In this document: in pieces, positions 13,891 through 26,448 of the stretch
Numbering within the stretch: position 1 is the first letter of the stretch
How the letters are laid out: each line of letters opens with the position of its first letter
Made by a program: the position numbers and the translations under genes
Origin: Octopus vulgaris
Taxonomy: Eukaryota
DNA: 64,000 bases
Direction of reading: 5' to 3'
NCBI GenBank assembly: GCA_951406725.2
Contig: OX597816.1
Coordinates: 69,440,001 to 69,504,000, forward strand
The notes under the pieces: model-generated
Seen by the model: only the letters and a program-made list of their open reading frames with translations
Database searches by the model: none
What the model was told of the DNA's origin: nothing

Positions 13891-14449
13891 TATATATATA
13901 TATTAAATAACATGAGACAACAAAAACAAGACAGCGTGAAAATTGTAGGACATTTATAAGACTGTAAGACTACCTTCAGAACTATAAGATGACTTTCTCT
14001 TTATAAACAGTATATTGCAAATGGTCAACTTGTGAAGTTGGAATATTTCCAGAGAAGGACTCGACCCAAATACTGGGCTATCAACACTGACGGGATCCAA
14101 GCCAAAGCCGGAATACTTCTGGTGTAGAAGTTACACGGGGATTATACCGTCATATGGTTTGGCGAGGAGTAAATAACCCAAGAAAATGAAGACAGAGAAA
14201 ATTCTTTAACACATCTTTAATTGTAAGTTACAAATATTTCCTTACAGTCTCTATTTGCAACATCAGTTTATGCGAAAATTCTTAAAGAGAAATCACGTAA
14301 TATTCTCGCGTAAACTGGACGTATGGAGATGGTACGAAACCATTTGTAACTTACACAACGCGCACACACACACACGCATACACACACGCATGCACACACA
14401 CACACATATATATATAGATAAAGTAAACTGAAAAAAGTTTATTACCGAG

Positions 14450-14650
14450 TCATAGGCTCACAGAACCGTTTTCCTGGATACCGTGACGTACATTTTCCCT
14501 CTAGATCCGACTCATAACCGGGACCCCAATACGTCGCACAGTTAGCCAACCTATTCCTCAAGAATACTATGTATAAATTCATGTAGGAATCGAAACCTGA
14601 ATCGCTCGGTCATGAGTGCAGCACGCCCAACGCTAGATCAGGCGCCTCTA
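14450..14650 (-). mobile_element. Degenerate tRNA-derived SINE-like fragment
   Basis: Minus strand has a tRNA-like head with B-box-like GGTTTCGATTCC (14586-14597). Confidence 0.4.
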
Positions 14651-14802
14651 CATACCTATTAGTAGAGCTGATTCATATTTAACATTTCAAAGGAAAAGTT
14701 CATCAGAAATTTGATTATTCACTTGGTGATGAAGAACGCGGGGTAAAATGGCGAGATAATTGCTAGAAAAATGTAGTTCGAAATCACAGAAAATGTTTCG
14801 TT

Positions 14803-14841
<39 letters not shown>

Positions 14842-14844
<3 letters not shown>

Positions 14845-15130
14845 AATAAGGATACTATTGATATTCAAATATCGATCTTATCTAGTGGCCAGCATGGGAA
14901 TAAATACCATACAAACGTAATAATTTATTAAAGCTATAAATAAAGGTATCTCAGAAATAGCAGTCAAAACCTTGATCCTAAAAATCACCTTAAATGTTCA
15001 TAACGCGCGATGAGATAAGACAGAGAGACAAAATAAACTAGCAAAAAAGATTTTACTGGATAATTCAAGACCAGAGTTTTGACTGCTATTTCGGCATGGT
15101 GGCATCTCTCAAATACCCTTAGTTATAGTT

Positions 15131-15133
<3 letters not shown>
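14842..15133. mobile_element. Foldback element between two (TA)n tracts
   Basis: GAAATAGCAGTCAAAAC (14954-14970) is inverted at 15076-15092. Outer arm AAAGCTATAAATAAAGGTAT matches the reverse complement of ATACCCTTAGTTATAGTTTT. Confidence 0.6.
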
Positions 15134-15178
<45 letters not shown>

Positions 15179-15224
15179 AGTGTGGTCAGGTTGTGTGTGT
15201 GTTTATTTGTCTAAGTAGAAGAGA

Positions 15225-16090
15225 GAAAGGCTGTCAAGACATCAGGAGCTCCCGATGTTCGTAGTGTATGCTAACTTCCCAAAGCCAACAACACTGCAAA
15301 GATGGGGCTTGCAAGAAAGCAGATGGGTAGATTTTGTAGAGAATGTGGCACGCTAGCAAGCATCTGGTCAGGTTGAGGAATAGCACCTGTTCAAGGGAGA
15401 CATATGTGACTCTTTGACAAGTTGCTTGCAGGCACAATCACACTCTGCAATAAGAAAGGCTCAAGAAGCACCATCAAATTGGAAAACAATAGCAGCTATC
15501 AAGATCATGAAAGAAGGATTAATTCCATTAAGGACACCAAGAAGAACAGTAGATTACCACATGTGGCCCAGTCCCGGAATATTGAAGAGGACCTGTAGAA
15601 AAGTCTACAGTTTCTCTCCAGTTTCTTCTGAAGCCGAATGTAATTTTTTTGGTTTGAAAAAGGCGGGGAAAATAATCTTCATCGTCCTTCCAGTTCTGTG
15701 GGAAGAATGGTGCGATCAGTATTTCGAACGGAAGCCTGTCAAATACGAGAGTCTTTGGAGAATATGAGAGCCTGCTATAAGAAACAATGTAAGTCATGGC
15801 TTTTTTTAGTCGTGGTTGGCTGTAGAGTATTCCTTGCCCAGTCGGCAAAGAATATGCTTATGGTCATTGATATGAGAGAAGTGCTAAGAGTGTGTCTGCA
15901 AGAGTTGGAAATGGCTGCAGAAAGAAAGTGTTTCTTATTGGTTATGGAGCAAGAGAGAAAAGTTTCTCATGAAATTGGACGAAATAGTGAGCAGATAATT
16001 GGCCACATCTGTGCGATGGAGTGGGGGATAGGGTTAAGGTTTGAAATATCTGATGATCGTTGGATACCATCTGATCACACGAGTTTCTCC
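15225..16090 (+). pseudogene. Decayed HERO-like (RLE-type non-LTR) retrotransposon 3' fragment
   Basis: KIIFIVLPVLWEEWCDQYFERKPVKYESL and KSWLFLVVVGCRVFLAQS match the ELTVPWEE...ERKxxKY...VEVGCRGF restriction-like endonuclease signature (cf. 25.3 kb copy). Confidence 0.75.
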
Positions 16091-16545
16091 TGGGCAATTC
16101 TCCATTCACTTTAGTGAGTGGGAAAGAAGCACCTTTCTCTGGGTGTTACCTATAATACACGACAGATGCGTGTGTATGTGTGTGACTGTGTGTGTGTGCG
16201 TGCGTGTGTGTGTGAGTGTGTGTGCGTTTGTGAGTGTATAGGTATATGACAAGAGAGATACAGAGTTTGATAATGAGGTAAATAGAAACAGAGATAGCTA
16301 GACACGTGGATAGATACATTTGTAGACAGTTTGCCTGTAAGAAAATATCTGATCTGGTAAGGTTTTTGTTGATTGTTAACACTACATCTTCTCCTCACAC
16401 TTACAGGTTTTTCGCCTCTTCAGATTTTATTAGAAAGAAGTATTTACACGTCTACAAGAGTGAGAAATATACGAAAATATGGTTTGAAAAAATTGAACGA
16501 AACTATATTATTATGCATATTTGTTTGTGAATGTGTGTGCGGTTG

Positions 16546-16589
<44 letters not shown>

Positions 16590-16604
16590 TATTTATATTA
16601 TATA

Positions 16605-16836
16605 GAGGGTACTACTATTCATAGATACCGCACGCTAGGAGGAACCCTTGCGGTCAAAACTACTAAAATAAACAAAATTGTACCGAATGCAAAACTTCAA
16701 AGCAAGACATTTAAAAAAGAATTTAGTTACATATCACCTGTCATTTCGCAATTGATGCAGAATATGCATTCTATGCTCATCAGTGCAACAAACGGTATCT
16801 ATGAATAGTGCGGTATCTATGAATAGTAGTATCCTC
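16605..16836. mobile_element. MITE with 29-bp terminal inverted repeats (GAG termini, TATA flanks; possibly Sola-type)
   Basis: GAGGGTACTACTATTCATAGATACCGCAC (16605-16633) versus GTGCGGTATCTATGAATAGTAGTATCCTC (16808-16836): one mismatch. TATA on both sides. Confidence 0.85.
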
Positions 16837-18170
16837 TATATAATATAGATAAATATTTTCAAAGTGGAAAAATTTACGGATTTTTTCTCTTACGAGGTTT
16901 TTCACGCTATCTACTGATAATTTCTTATAAAGATATTATCCTCAATTTTAAATAAATAAATAAATAAATAAATAAATGTATGTATGTATGTATGTATGTA
17001 TCTACATATATGTGTGTATTAGTGTATGTGTTTCTATATGTATATATATAAATACAAAATGGGACAAGAACGCAAAACATCCAAAAGATGATACAAAAAA
17101 CACGGACCCTTTAATTCGAACCCTTTAATCTCCAGTCAAGAACCGGATCACCCTCGCAATTTCGGCTGATTATACATATATGCTTGTGTGTGTGTGTGTG
17201 TGTGTGTGTTTGTATACATATATATCATATAATACACACTTATATAAACACTTACACATGCACTTATATTGGATGAATACTATATATATGTGTTTATGGC
17301 GATCCTTCCCTATCTGATCTGTAATGAATTTCTTTAAGTATCTCGTCCTATTCCTCCTGGAAGTCAAATTTCTCAATCTCTTATTTTTTGTAGCGATAGC
17401 CTGTTATTCTTTTACCAAAAACGTGCTGAATTGATAACGTTTAGCTGTGTATTTCCTCCAGCTTCTCATTAAATCGTTTTCATTTTCCAGTTACTATCTT
17501 TTATCTATCGCTCTCCCCACTACGTATTTTCCCTTTTGTCTTCTTATCTCTCTTTTTTTATATCTCTGATTTTCCCTTTTAGCTTTATCCTCCCTATTTC
17601 TTTTAATAAACACTCTAAAACTTTAAACGTCAACTTTATTATTTTTTTCTATTTCCCTTCCACCGTGATGTTGTTGAGTTTTCTCGATCTCAATCTGCCT
17701 ATCTTTGTCTTATCTTTTCTCCTCTAGAAGCACCTAATTGATATTTTGCTGTTTCCTTCGCTGCTGCCTCATCTTTCGCATCGTTGGCTTTTATTCCTCT
17801 GCTACTACTCTACACACTTGAAATTCTCTTACCCCAGTCTTTCTTTATATAACGGACGCCTGTCACTTACCTACATGAATATTTTTCTCTCCTTTATACT
17901 TTGCTTATCATTTATCTCCTCTTCTCTATCTCTTCCATCTCTTCGCTTTTGTTTTTCTACTGCTCTCTCTTCATTGTCCAGTGTTTATTTTATTATTGTC
18001 TACTGTTACTCAAATTCGACACTCAATCATGACGTTTGCAAACTATTTTCATTCACAAATCATGATAATGATTTACAAATATGTGAACTGCTTGTCTATA
18101 CGCATTTCTGTTTAGAGTTTTTTCTTCTCTCTTTTCTCTTTATCTATGTTTCCGTCTCTGATGATTCCAT

Positions 18171-18362
18171 TACTCTTTTTACTCTTTTACTTGTTTCAGT
18201 CATTTGACTGCGGCCATGCTGGAGCACCGACTCTCAGTCGAGCAAATCGACCGCAGGACTTATTCTATCAGTCTCTTTTGCTGGACCGCTAAGTTACAGG
18301 GACGTAAACATACCAGCATCGGTTGTCAAGCGATGTTGAGTGGCACAAACACAGACACACAA

Positions 18363-18439
<77 letters not shown>

Positions 18440-18600
18440 CGACGGGCGTCTTTCAGTTTCCGTCTACCAAATCCCCTCACAAGGCTTTGGTCAGCCCGAG
18501 GATGTAGTAGAAGACATTTGCCCAAGGTGCCATGTAGTGGGACTGAACCCGGAACCATGTGGTTTGTAAGCAAGCTACTTACCACACAGCCACTCCTGCA
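18171..18600 (-). mobile_element. SINE family A, near full length
   Basis: tRNA-like head (GGAGTGGCTGTGTGGTAAG...GGTTCAGTCCC), internal (TA)/(TG) microsatellite, tail GGTGCTCCAGCATGGCCGCAGTCAAATGACTGAAACAAG-(TAAAAGAG)n. Confidence 0.95.
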
Positions 18601-20590
18601 ACTATGCATTAATAATTCCACCAAAATAGCTCTCACTCTTACGTCTTTGCTTGGAAATGCAAGCATAGGCGTAAGACATGTCATCCTTAAAATTCAAATT
18701 AACACTACTTAGAATGCAATTCAGAGAGATAAATGATAAACGGAAACATTTGGCTCAGCTGAGCAGAATGGCTTCATTCAAGTTTTAGTCAGCTAAAAAC
18801 ATCACATGGACGATAGTGTCGTCTTCAACATAGAGACACCATGAAATCCTGTACAGCTTTAGACACCTGGCTGCTAGATTTTAACGACAAAAAACATTAG
18901 CATTAGAAGATGCGTGCTTTGAACTGCAATATAGTTTCAAATGAGGTACAGCCTCAATGTACAGATCGAGCAACAGAAATAATCTCCCAGTCTTTGGTCA
19001 TCCACTTGAGCAGATAAATTCTTGTCTTTTTTTTTCACTTCCACTACTTAAGATTTCAGATGTAATTTTCAGATTTCAGATTTCATATGTAATTTTATAT
19101 ATCAGAGAATACAAGTCTGTTTTCTGAATACTTTTGTTTCAATGTGAACTCACAACAAAGAGAAATTCTCTGCAATTGTTCAAGGCAGATAGGTAGCTAC
19201 CACAAGCGTTGCTCACATTAATTACGACCTAGTACCCAGATTCTGCTGTAGTGTAGTATTAGTGATTTAAAAGACAGCCTTATATAACAACATTGTTTGT
19301 TCCAGCTATTGTATTTGATCGCTTACACTCTAAGACATAATGCTTGCAAATAACATTTCCCCCTCGAGTTTGATGAAGTCCATTGGTGTTTAACGACGGC
19401 AAAGTACATTGCAATGGAATGTGATGAGATTTTCGTCGTTGTCATCAGGAAGGGCAAAATAATTTTAGAATAGTAATAAAAATAGTAATAAAATAACGTA
19501 AAGTTGTGCCGCCGACTGGACACAGTACTGCAATCTATAACGGATTTGCAATTTCTCTGAACCTCATCCCAAGCCGTCAATTCCCTTGTAGTTACGTTTA
19601 TCTTTATTCCATGACCTTAGCGTGCACAATTACTTTCTAGGAATATCCGAACGTGGTACTTTATCTAAATGCCATATTCTCCCTTGATCGAAAATGTTCG
19701 TGAGTCCCTTTTTCATCACAGGGCGGCACTGCAATTTATAATCTCTTTCACGGTTCATCTTTTCACTGCATAAATTAAGAAACAGGCTATATCGCAAGAA
19801 AAGAGTAAGCGGTTTAATTAGGGCTGCACTGCATCTATGAATCCTAGAAAGTGTTACAGAAGTAACTGCAAGATTGTGATGAACGCAGTACTATATCTTT
19901 GGCTGTTCCAATCTCTAAATATTTAAAGATGTAGCCTGTCCTTATCAGTCAATAATAATAAGTCAATGCGTACTGCAGAAAGTATTCTTGTTTTCTTAGT
20001 AGATTAAGCCTTTTTTATTTATTTATCCATCTATTTTGCACCTTGTACATATATATAAAAATATCCCGACTCAAAAATAACAAGGAGGCGATTCAAAATA
20101 ACAACGAAAAGAAATATGCGATAAAATCTTTACAGGGATTAACCGCTCAGCAATAGCACCGTATTAGGGTTATAATCTCTTTACAACAAAACGATATATC
20201 GTCAGTACACCCGTTGTTAATTAATGTATAGATATCGAAGGCGTGGACTCCCATAACCTTATAAAACTATACAAAAGAACATAAAACACACAATCACATT
20301 GCAACAAAGCATATTTATCTCACAAATTATCAAATGTCATGGCGAAATTATTAAAAGAATATAAATGACAAAAGATCTTATAATGTTTGAAAAACGTTTA
20401 GACTTGTTAGCAAGCTGAGCAAAATGCTTAGAAGTGTGTCGTCTGACTTATGTTCTGTATTTATATTATATAAGTATATACAGAAAATGTTGAAAATAGA
20501 AAGATGGGATAGAGATGTGATGTAGGTCCATACCCGTTATATACATTTATGATTGGGTAAATTGTGGCAGCTATAGTGTATGAGATTTTG

Positions 20591-20638
<48 letters not shown>

Positions 20639-20873
20639 TTGACGTTTGCAGATGAGTATCGAACAATAACGTATGTGAAACGTCAAACGTTTCGTATACC
20701 CGAATTATACTCTTAGAGTGTTTAATTATGTGAATCTGTCATTTGTCTGTAAGCAATGACGTTAATGTTCACAAAATTCAATCGAATCTGTATATAATAA
20801 TATAGAACAAAATTAATAAATGTTCTGTTCTTAGTTTTCTCTTTCTCTCTCCATCTCTCCCTCCTCCTCTCAG

Positions 20874-20923
<50 letters not shown>

Positions 20924-21172
20924 GTTCCTCTTTCTTTCTCGGGCGACGAGAGACTATTTATAAACGAGGTCATCTTTATTCTTATTTTTGTTCTCATATT
21001 TTCATATGTAAAGGAAATATTGATTAATTTAAAGTTGAATTGTATGATAAATTGCTTCATTAATTAACTATGAAATTAAGGATTTTTCCTACTCCAACAC
21101 ATCTTTAAATCGGTTATTCTACAAACTACATCATTGTGGTTGTAATCCGTTCTTAAATGCCTAATTATCAAA

Positions 21173-21510
21173 ATCCATGCGCTATAATATTCTTAAACTC
21201 ATTAGCAATGAATCAACAGATATTCTCTCTGTCTGGTAATTTATACATTTTTAATCTATAATGATCCCTACGTTATATAACTCGCAAATTCATTAGCAAT
21301 GAATCAAAAACTACTTTCCATTGTTTCTTCTCATTATTCTTTTTGATATATAACGATCCCTACAATATAAAACTCATTAGCAATGAATCGATAATTTCTT
21401 TTTATAATCCCAAATGTTGTTTTTCTCTCCTTGCTGGTCTTTTTTCTTTCTCATGCCATATAACTATCCATACGCTATAAAACTATCAAGCTGTTTAGCA
21501 ATGAATAATT
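21173..21510. repeat. Degenerate minisatellite, 4 units of ~90-110 bp
   Basis: ATCC(A/C)TACxxTATAA...TTAGCAATGAAT recurs at ~21173, 21264, 21356 and 21466. Confidence 0.7.
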
Positions 21511-22589
21511 CGCTTCTTATAATAAGCTGTTCTTGTACTTTCTCACTCTTTCCCATTATTTTCCTCTCCATTAATATATATGTGTGTGTGTGAGTGTGTG
21601 TGTGTGTGTGCGTGCCTTTGTACATGCGCGTACACATACACACCCATACACTCACAGAAACATATGTAAGCATATGTATATATTTGTGTGTGTGTGTGTG
21701 TTTGCGTGTGGCAGGGCTTATGTCTTTGTGCGTGTGTGGGTGTGTTTGTTTGCGTGTGTTTATGTTTGTGTGTGGTGTGTGTATGTGTATTCATATAGTT
21801 TCCTTTATTTCTTATGCGCCCTTATGCTTGTTCTCCTCTACGCCTTTACATTTAAAACATTATGCTAGATCGAGCGAATATTTACAAACACTTCTTTTCT
21901 TTTGTCTTATCTCTATTTCCTAAATTACTTTACTGAAATATATAGCACTATGCTTTTAAATGAGCTAAATAACGACGGTTAACAAGTTAGAGGAAAGTAA
22001 TTAAGTAAAATATGGCTAATACGTATTTCGTAGGCGCAATAAATCCTATTAGATCTCTCTCAACTCACAGGACAAAAGTAAATTTTTTAAATGCTTATGT
22101 TAGCTATTAGAAAATTTAAAACAATATCCTTTCTAGTGAAAGCAGTGGACTTCTGGTAACGCTGCTCAGCTCATGGTCATAATATCATAATTTTAATCAC
22201 AGATCCAAATCATGCACTGAGCACGGTACTTCAGTTATCGTTGCCCCTGTTTTCTCATTTGTAAGGAGTACTAATCAGCTGCAAATGAGGTTCTCTATCA
22301 CTCCTGCTGTCTCATTCAGAAAATTGAGTTGTCAACTGCGAGAGAGGCTGGTGATGACATAGGCCACTACACATTTAACGAAAACAAAGCGCATGTTACC
22401 AAGCCAAAGTCGTCCCCGAGTCATCAGTACTTACATTTTGCTAATATATATTCTTAGTGAATATAAAAATTTAAACAACGCTCGATATAACGGGAGTAAG
22501 TAAAATTTGTAGACACAAAGACCCCACCAGTTATGGATTTAATAATCATCAGATTTAAATATTCTACTTAATATTATACTTAGTGTTAA

Positions 22590-22800
22590 GCCGGCGAGCT
22601 AGCAGAATCATTAGCATACCGGGCAAAAGTCTTGGCGGCATTTCGTCCGTCTTCACGTTTTGAGTTCAAATTCCACCGAGGTCGACTTTGCAATTCATCC
22701 TTGAAAGGATGATAAAATAATTACCAGTTGAGAACTAGAGTAGATGTAATCGACTTAGCTCCCTCCCACGATCTTCCTGGCGTTGTGCCAACATTTGAAA
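22590..22800 (+). mobile_element. SINE family B (tRNA head + Nin/Deu-like core)
   Basis: GGCGAGCTAGCAGAATCATTAGC...GAGTTCAAATTCC (B box)...GAGGTCGACTTTGC. Confidence 0.9.
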
Positions 22801-22827
22801 CTAACACGATAGTTCATTACTTACATT

Positions 22828-22951
22828 ATTTACATTGGGCGGATGTGTGTCCCTATCTTGTTTGTTACCACAACGTTTCAGCTGGTTTACTCTTCAGGCT
22901 TCATCAGGTGTCAACAAACAAGATGAGGATACATATCCGTCCAAGGTAAAT
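22828..22951. mobile_element. Miniature foldback element (~39-bp inverted arms) enclosing an HHR-like motif on the minus strand
   Basis: ATTTACATTGGGCGGATGTGTGTCCCTATCTTGTTTGTT ... AACAAACAAGATGAGGATACATATCCGTCCAAGGTAAAT. Interior minus strand reads CAC-CTGATGAA-GCCTG..CAGCT-GAAAC-GTT-GTG. Confidence 0.75.
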
Positions 22952-23014
22952 CAGGCAAATAATGAGCAGAATTCCTCTTCTCTAAAATATAGAACAATAT
23001 GATAGTTAGTGTTA

Positions 23015-23150
23015 AGACGGAGACTTGGCGAAAACGGTAGCACGCCAGGACATATGGCTGGCAGCATTACGTCAGTCTTTACGTTCCAAGTTCAATTCCT
23101 GCTCACTTGGATTTTGCTTTTCATTCTTTCAGTGCCGATAAAATAAATAC
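23015..23150 (+). mobile_element. SINE family B, degenerate copy
   Basis: Diverged head and core (GCACGCCAGG...GTTCAATTCC...GCTTTTCATTCTTTCAGTGCCGATAAAATAAATACC). Confidence 0.75.
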
Positions 23151-23550
23151 CTATTTTTTTACTACCCACAAGGGGCTAAACACAGAGAGGACAGACAAAA
23201 GTTGATTATATCGACCTCAGTGCGTAATAGGCACTTATTTAATAGACCCCGAAAGGATAAACGGCAAAGTCGACCTCAGCGGAATTTGAACTCAGAGCGT
23301 AACGGTAGACGAAATACCTATTTCTTTACTATCCACAAGGGACTAAACACAGAGGGGACAAAGAAGGACAGACAAACGGATTAAGTCGATTATATCGATC
23401 CCAGTGCGTAATTGGTACTTAATTTATCGACTCCGAAAGGATGAAAGGTAAAGTCGACCTCGGCGGAATTTGAACTCAGAACGCAACAGCAGACGAAATA
23501 CGGCTAAGCATTTCGCCCGGCGTGCTAACGTTTCTGCCAGCACGCCGCCT
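23150..23550 (-). mobile_element. SINE family B head-to-tail dimer
   Basis: Complete head at 23500-23550 followed (minus strand) by two body/tail units joined at GAAATACCTATTTC (23311-23324). Confidence 0.9.
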
Positions 23551-24719
23551 TCTGCAATTGAGCATTGGGTTCGATGAAATCGACTGAGCCCGTCACCCGA
23601 AATTCCTGGCCTGTGCCAAAATTTGAAATCAGTACTAATACTTAGTGTTCGCAAGTTATTTTCTGATTCACAATTTATTTTCTTTTTCGTTTATTATGTT
23701 TCCAATTGTTTGGCTTTGTTGGTTTATTTATATATTTATTTATCTAAATTTTTATTTGTTATATCATGACTTTCGGCATGATATCTTAAATGTAAGATAA
23801 CTTTATTACTAGAATATTCCAACAATCTTTATATTGCACATCTGTAGCATAAAGGAAGGTGTCATTAAATATTATGAAAACGCACAAATGATTCCTGGGA
23901 CGATTAAGAATAATTCAATTTCCGAATCTATATGTGAACTATCAGCTACATTCATTTTAACGTGTAGCGATAAATGTTATGTGGTTTGTTAAATTATTTC
24001 CTGTTGAAGATTTCGATGCACAATATATATGAATCTACATTCCTTGCAGGGTTTCCTCGCAACCATTCGGTAACAATGTTTGCATCAGGTTAAATAGCTT
24101 TCTATCATCTACCTCGAAATATATCCATATAATATAATAGCCACACATGCATCTCATGATTTGTAAGATTCGAAATGCGTTAAGAAATATTAAGATAAAA
24201 GAATATTTGAGAAGTAGCCTCGAGTAAATATACGAAATAAATGGTGCAATATTAGCTCCTGTGAATACGCTTTACTATCGGATATATTTAAGATTTGTAC
24301 TATTGTGTTAATATTTCAACGCAATTATGAGTTGAATGTCGAATACATTTACACACGCACATACACAATTATATATGTATGCATTTATATACATACATAT
24401 ATATATATATATATATGCATGACCCGATGTGTGTAAGCAAAGTATTGGATTTGTACTTAATTCGAAAGAAGGGATTATATTAAACGTACACTGACACAAA
24501 CATAGGTGTGAGTGGAATTGGCTGAACATAACATTATATATTTGCAAGTGTTAATGTATGTGCGTTATCGAAGATACATCATGAAATTATATGAAACAGG
24601 GACGATATATATTAAACAGGGACGATATATTCAAAATTGGTAAAATTGTCGAGGATAAAGTAAATTTATTATTGTTACTGAATATGGCAGTGTTATTTAA
24701 TTTCTGAAAGGTTTTATAT

Positions 24720-26060
24720 AGAAAGAGCAGTATAAAAGAGATGAAAGAGGCAGTGGTACACGAAGTGAGAAAGGAGGAAGAAGAAAGGCGAAATGTACAT
24801 TTGGTGCAATGTAGTCAACAGGGACAGTGCCTGAGATAGGAGGAATATGTGATCAGTTGCAGAATATCATGGAAGGAACGTTGGGCTTGGGAACAAGCAA
24901 GAACATCCTTCCTGATCAAGTCTACCTTCGACGTTCTACCCTCACCGGCGAACCTAGTCCGGTGGAACATAAAAACAACTGGTGAATGTAGATGCGGAGA
25001 GAAAGCGACGGTTAGACATGTTCTGTCAAACTGCAGACTAGCACTAGAAAGGTACACATGGCGTCATAATCATGTCCTCGGCGTCATAAGCGCAGCGCTC
25101 AAGGAGAAGATCGAGGGATACAATATGGGAGAGTACCCAAAAGTGGAAAAGCGTAGGAATGTATACTTCCAGAAGGAGGGAAAAGGACATAAGACCAGGC
25201 CTACAAATAAAATATACGAGATAGACAAAAGATGGAAGGGATACTGTGAGCTGGTTACGGATTTGGAAAGACTAGTAATATTTCCACTCATGAAAACCAC
25301 AAAAAGACCAGATTTAGTCCTATGGGACAGAGAACGGAGAATAGGAATTTTGCTAGAACTGACAGTGCCATGGGAAGAGAATATCGACAATGCAGAGAAG
25401 CGAAAGGAGAAGATGTACGGAAATCTAATCGAAGAGTGCAGTGAACAGGGATGGAATGTCGGGTATTACCACCTGGCAGTGGGGGCTAGGGGCTTCATTG
25501 AAAGAAAAATGACAACGCTATTCATATGAAGTTTTCTTTTTTTTTCTAGCACGGAGCTGAGAAAATGAATAAGGAGATTACAGGAGGCTTCTATATATGG
25601 CTGAAGCGGGAAGACCAAAAATGGCTTGAAAGTCATAACACGCTGGCAGGAAAATAACATCAGTAGGTGAGACAAGCTGACACTGAATTAGCTTCGCTGA
25701 TTGACCGGCGACGGTCTCGTTTAGAGAATGCGTGGGCTAAAACTACGCGCCTTCATTGGTCAGTTAAAGTTGAGACAGTGTCACGTGACAACGTTCTGGG
25801 GCTACCTGCTAGAGCATTGCAGCAGGTGTTTAAAGGGAAAACATTTGACAAGTCAGTGAGTCGCTCGCTGAGACCCGCTGACGCTACATAGAAAAGGCCA
25901 GGGAACAGAAGAAAGAAGAAAGAAGACATGCACCCAACACCAGAGCTGAAGACACCTCCGAAAGGGGGGCCCCGCCACGTCAAAATAGTAGAGGAGTAGG
26001 GGGCGAAACCGGACGTGGTTCCTCCAGATGATGTCTGAGCTAACTGGATCCTATAAAGGA
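24720..26060 (+). mobile_element. 5'-truncated HERO-like RLE non-LTR retrotransposon with 3' UTR
   Basis: Coding remnant at 24720-25660, then a GC-richer 3' region to ~26060. Boundaries approximate. Confidence 0.8.
24849..25529 (+). pseudogene. HERO-like ORF fragment: CCHC zinc knuckle + restriction-like (PD-D/ExK) endonuclease
   Basis: SFLIKSTFDVLPSPANL, CRC-x7-HVLSNC, RYTWRHNHVL, RPDLVLW...ELTVPWEE...KRKEKMY...VGARGF. In-frame stop just upstream and a disrupted C-terminus. Confidence 0.88.
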
Positions 26061-26234
26061 GATGTTGTGGTAGGAGAACATGGTTGTAATTCCTGTTGCT
26101 TGATTTCTTAATCCATCATTTTCTACTAAGATAGATACACGAGTTAGAATAATATAGAAACGAAAATAAAACTTTGGAAACATCAACGCCGCCATAATTT
26201 ACTTGGAAACCCTGAGTTTGTTTTCAAAGGAGAT

Positions 26235-26448
26235 AATCACAGATCTTAATACTTCATGTAAAGTAAAGTAAATATAACAAATAATCCAGAATCTTTGTCC
26301 GGTACCAGATCGATTCAAAAATTTAATCAGTTCGTGCCAGTCGCGAAAGTTTCATCCGAATCCACAAAGAGCTTCTTGGGATATCTTGTTCACAAACAAA
26401 CAAACACGACTTAAAACAATACCTCCGCTTTCGCTAAGGCAGAGTTAC
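26235..26448. mobile_element. Non-autonomous DNA element (Helentron/HINE- or MITE-like)
   Basis: AAGTTTCATCCGAATCC...(ACAA)n...AATACCTCCGC-TTTCGCTAAG-GCAGAG with a terminal hairpin-like motif. Confidence 0.45.

Noticed and set aside
17053-17171. TA-bounded element beginning (minus strand) with CAGCCGAAAT, possibly half an HHR
   Set aside because: The CUGANGA half is absent, so no ribozyme can be called. Probably a truncated repeat end.
17500-18170. 153-aa hydrophobic ORF (17746-18207)
   Set aside because: Pyrimidine-rich low-complexity sequence giving F/L/S bias; runs into a SINE tail; no domain motif.
21173-21510. CRISPR-like repeat-spacer pattern
   Set aside because: Eukaryotic context, degenerate repeats, irregular spacing and no cas genes.
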